Source of the DNA: Phoronis australis
Lineage: Eukaryota > Animalia > Phoronida
Direction: 5' to 3'
NCBI GenBank assembly: GCA_002633005.1
Contig: NMRA01000684.1
Location: forward strand, 85,050 to 149,049
Length of the DNA: 64,000 bases
The notes beneath the pieces were generated by a model, which was not told where the DNA came from, did not search any database, and saw nothing but the letters and a program-made list of their open reading frames with translations. Position numbers and translations under genes: made by a program. This document shows, piece by piece, positions 63,287-64,000 of the stretch; within the stretch, counting starts at the first letter, position 1; the number at the start of each line of letters is the position of its first letter.

Positions 63287-63904
63287 CTGGAAAATTAATC
63301 AGATGATTTTAAAACTAAAAGATACAGATTGTCCAGATTAGTTTTAGGCACCCCGTATCACAAATGAGTGCAAGTAATTCTACATTGCCCAGAATGGTGA
63401 AGCCTTTTTTGCTTTAAATTATATAGCTGAAACAGTAGTGATTTTCATTGACATGAACAATTTATTATATCACTCGTACCAAGAATATTTTTCACCGAGA
63501 ACAAGACTACCCAGTATATAAGTTGCTCAAAACCAACTGTTTCTCACTTAAATCTTACACTAATCAAGAAATGAAAATAACTATACTATTTCATTTATCA
63601 AATTTCATTTTGCTACGAATTTACCCACAACAGCTGAGAGACAGCCGGACTATATCACAGAAATGACAATACGACATCATGGCGATTGGATGATACCGGT
63701 ATGTTAGATGCATTGTGACTGATTATTAAACTTTAGGGCTATTCATAGTTATGACAGTGACTATTAATTGACAAGCTACTGTTAAAAACTTAAAGAGAAT
63801 ACATTCATTTTGTGAAGTTTTTAGCAAAAATTGATGTGGGTAGGCACTCTTTCTTTTTTGTTAATGGGCAAACCACCAACAAACACGCTTCTTGAGCAGT
63901 GGAA

Positions 63905-64000
63905 ATCCACCACACTAACCCATCACACACTAACCCACCACACCAACCCAACACACCAACTCACCACTGACATCAGTCCACCACATCATCCCACAACCCA
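63905..64000. repeat. C/A-rich low-complexity tract (CACCA/ACCC units), running off the window edge
   Basis: Seen directly. Confidence 0.7.

Overview
This is AT-rich, intron-containing invertebrate animal genomic DNA, not prokaryotic; the species cannot be determined from the sequence. The right 38 kb (25.8-63.3 kb, minus strand) holds the 3' part of a vault-PARP (PARP4)-like gene. I reconstructed it by hand as 27 GT-AG exons with consistent phases (4610 nt, about 1535 aa, 5'-incomplete; BRCT and catalytic exons would lie beyond the right edge). The domain order is VIT, vWA with an intact MIDAS motif, ITIH-like region, long acidic/Pro-rich linker, then an unexpected 8-exon, 302-codon insert derived from a PKA type I regulatory subunit gene (degenerate CNB-A, intact-looking CNB-B), and finally the MVP-interaction C-terminus. 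The insert keeps PRKAR1-type intron positions and enters and leaves in phase 1, consistent with DNA-level exon shuffling that may give a cyclic-nucleotide-sensing vault PARP. The left part holds the first coding exon of a class C GPCR of the mXR/mangetout type (14043-14430, minus). Its other exons were not found and probably lie beyond the left edge. Introns and intergenic DNA contain a decayed Kolobok element (THAP + KolX), a HIRAN-bearing transposon relic, several MITEs, a tRNA-derived SINE head and simple repeats. All homology calls are from recalled motifs, not database searches.
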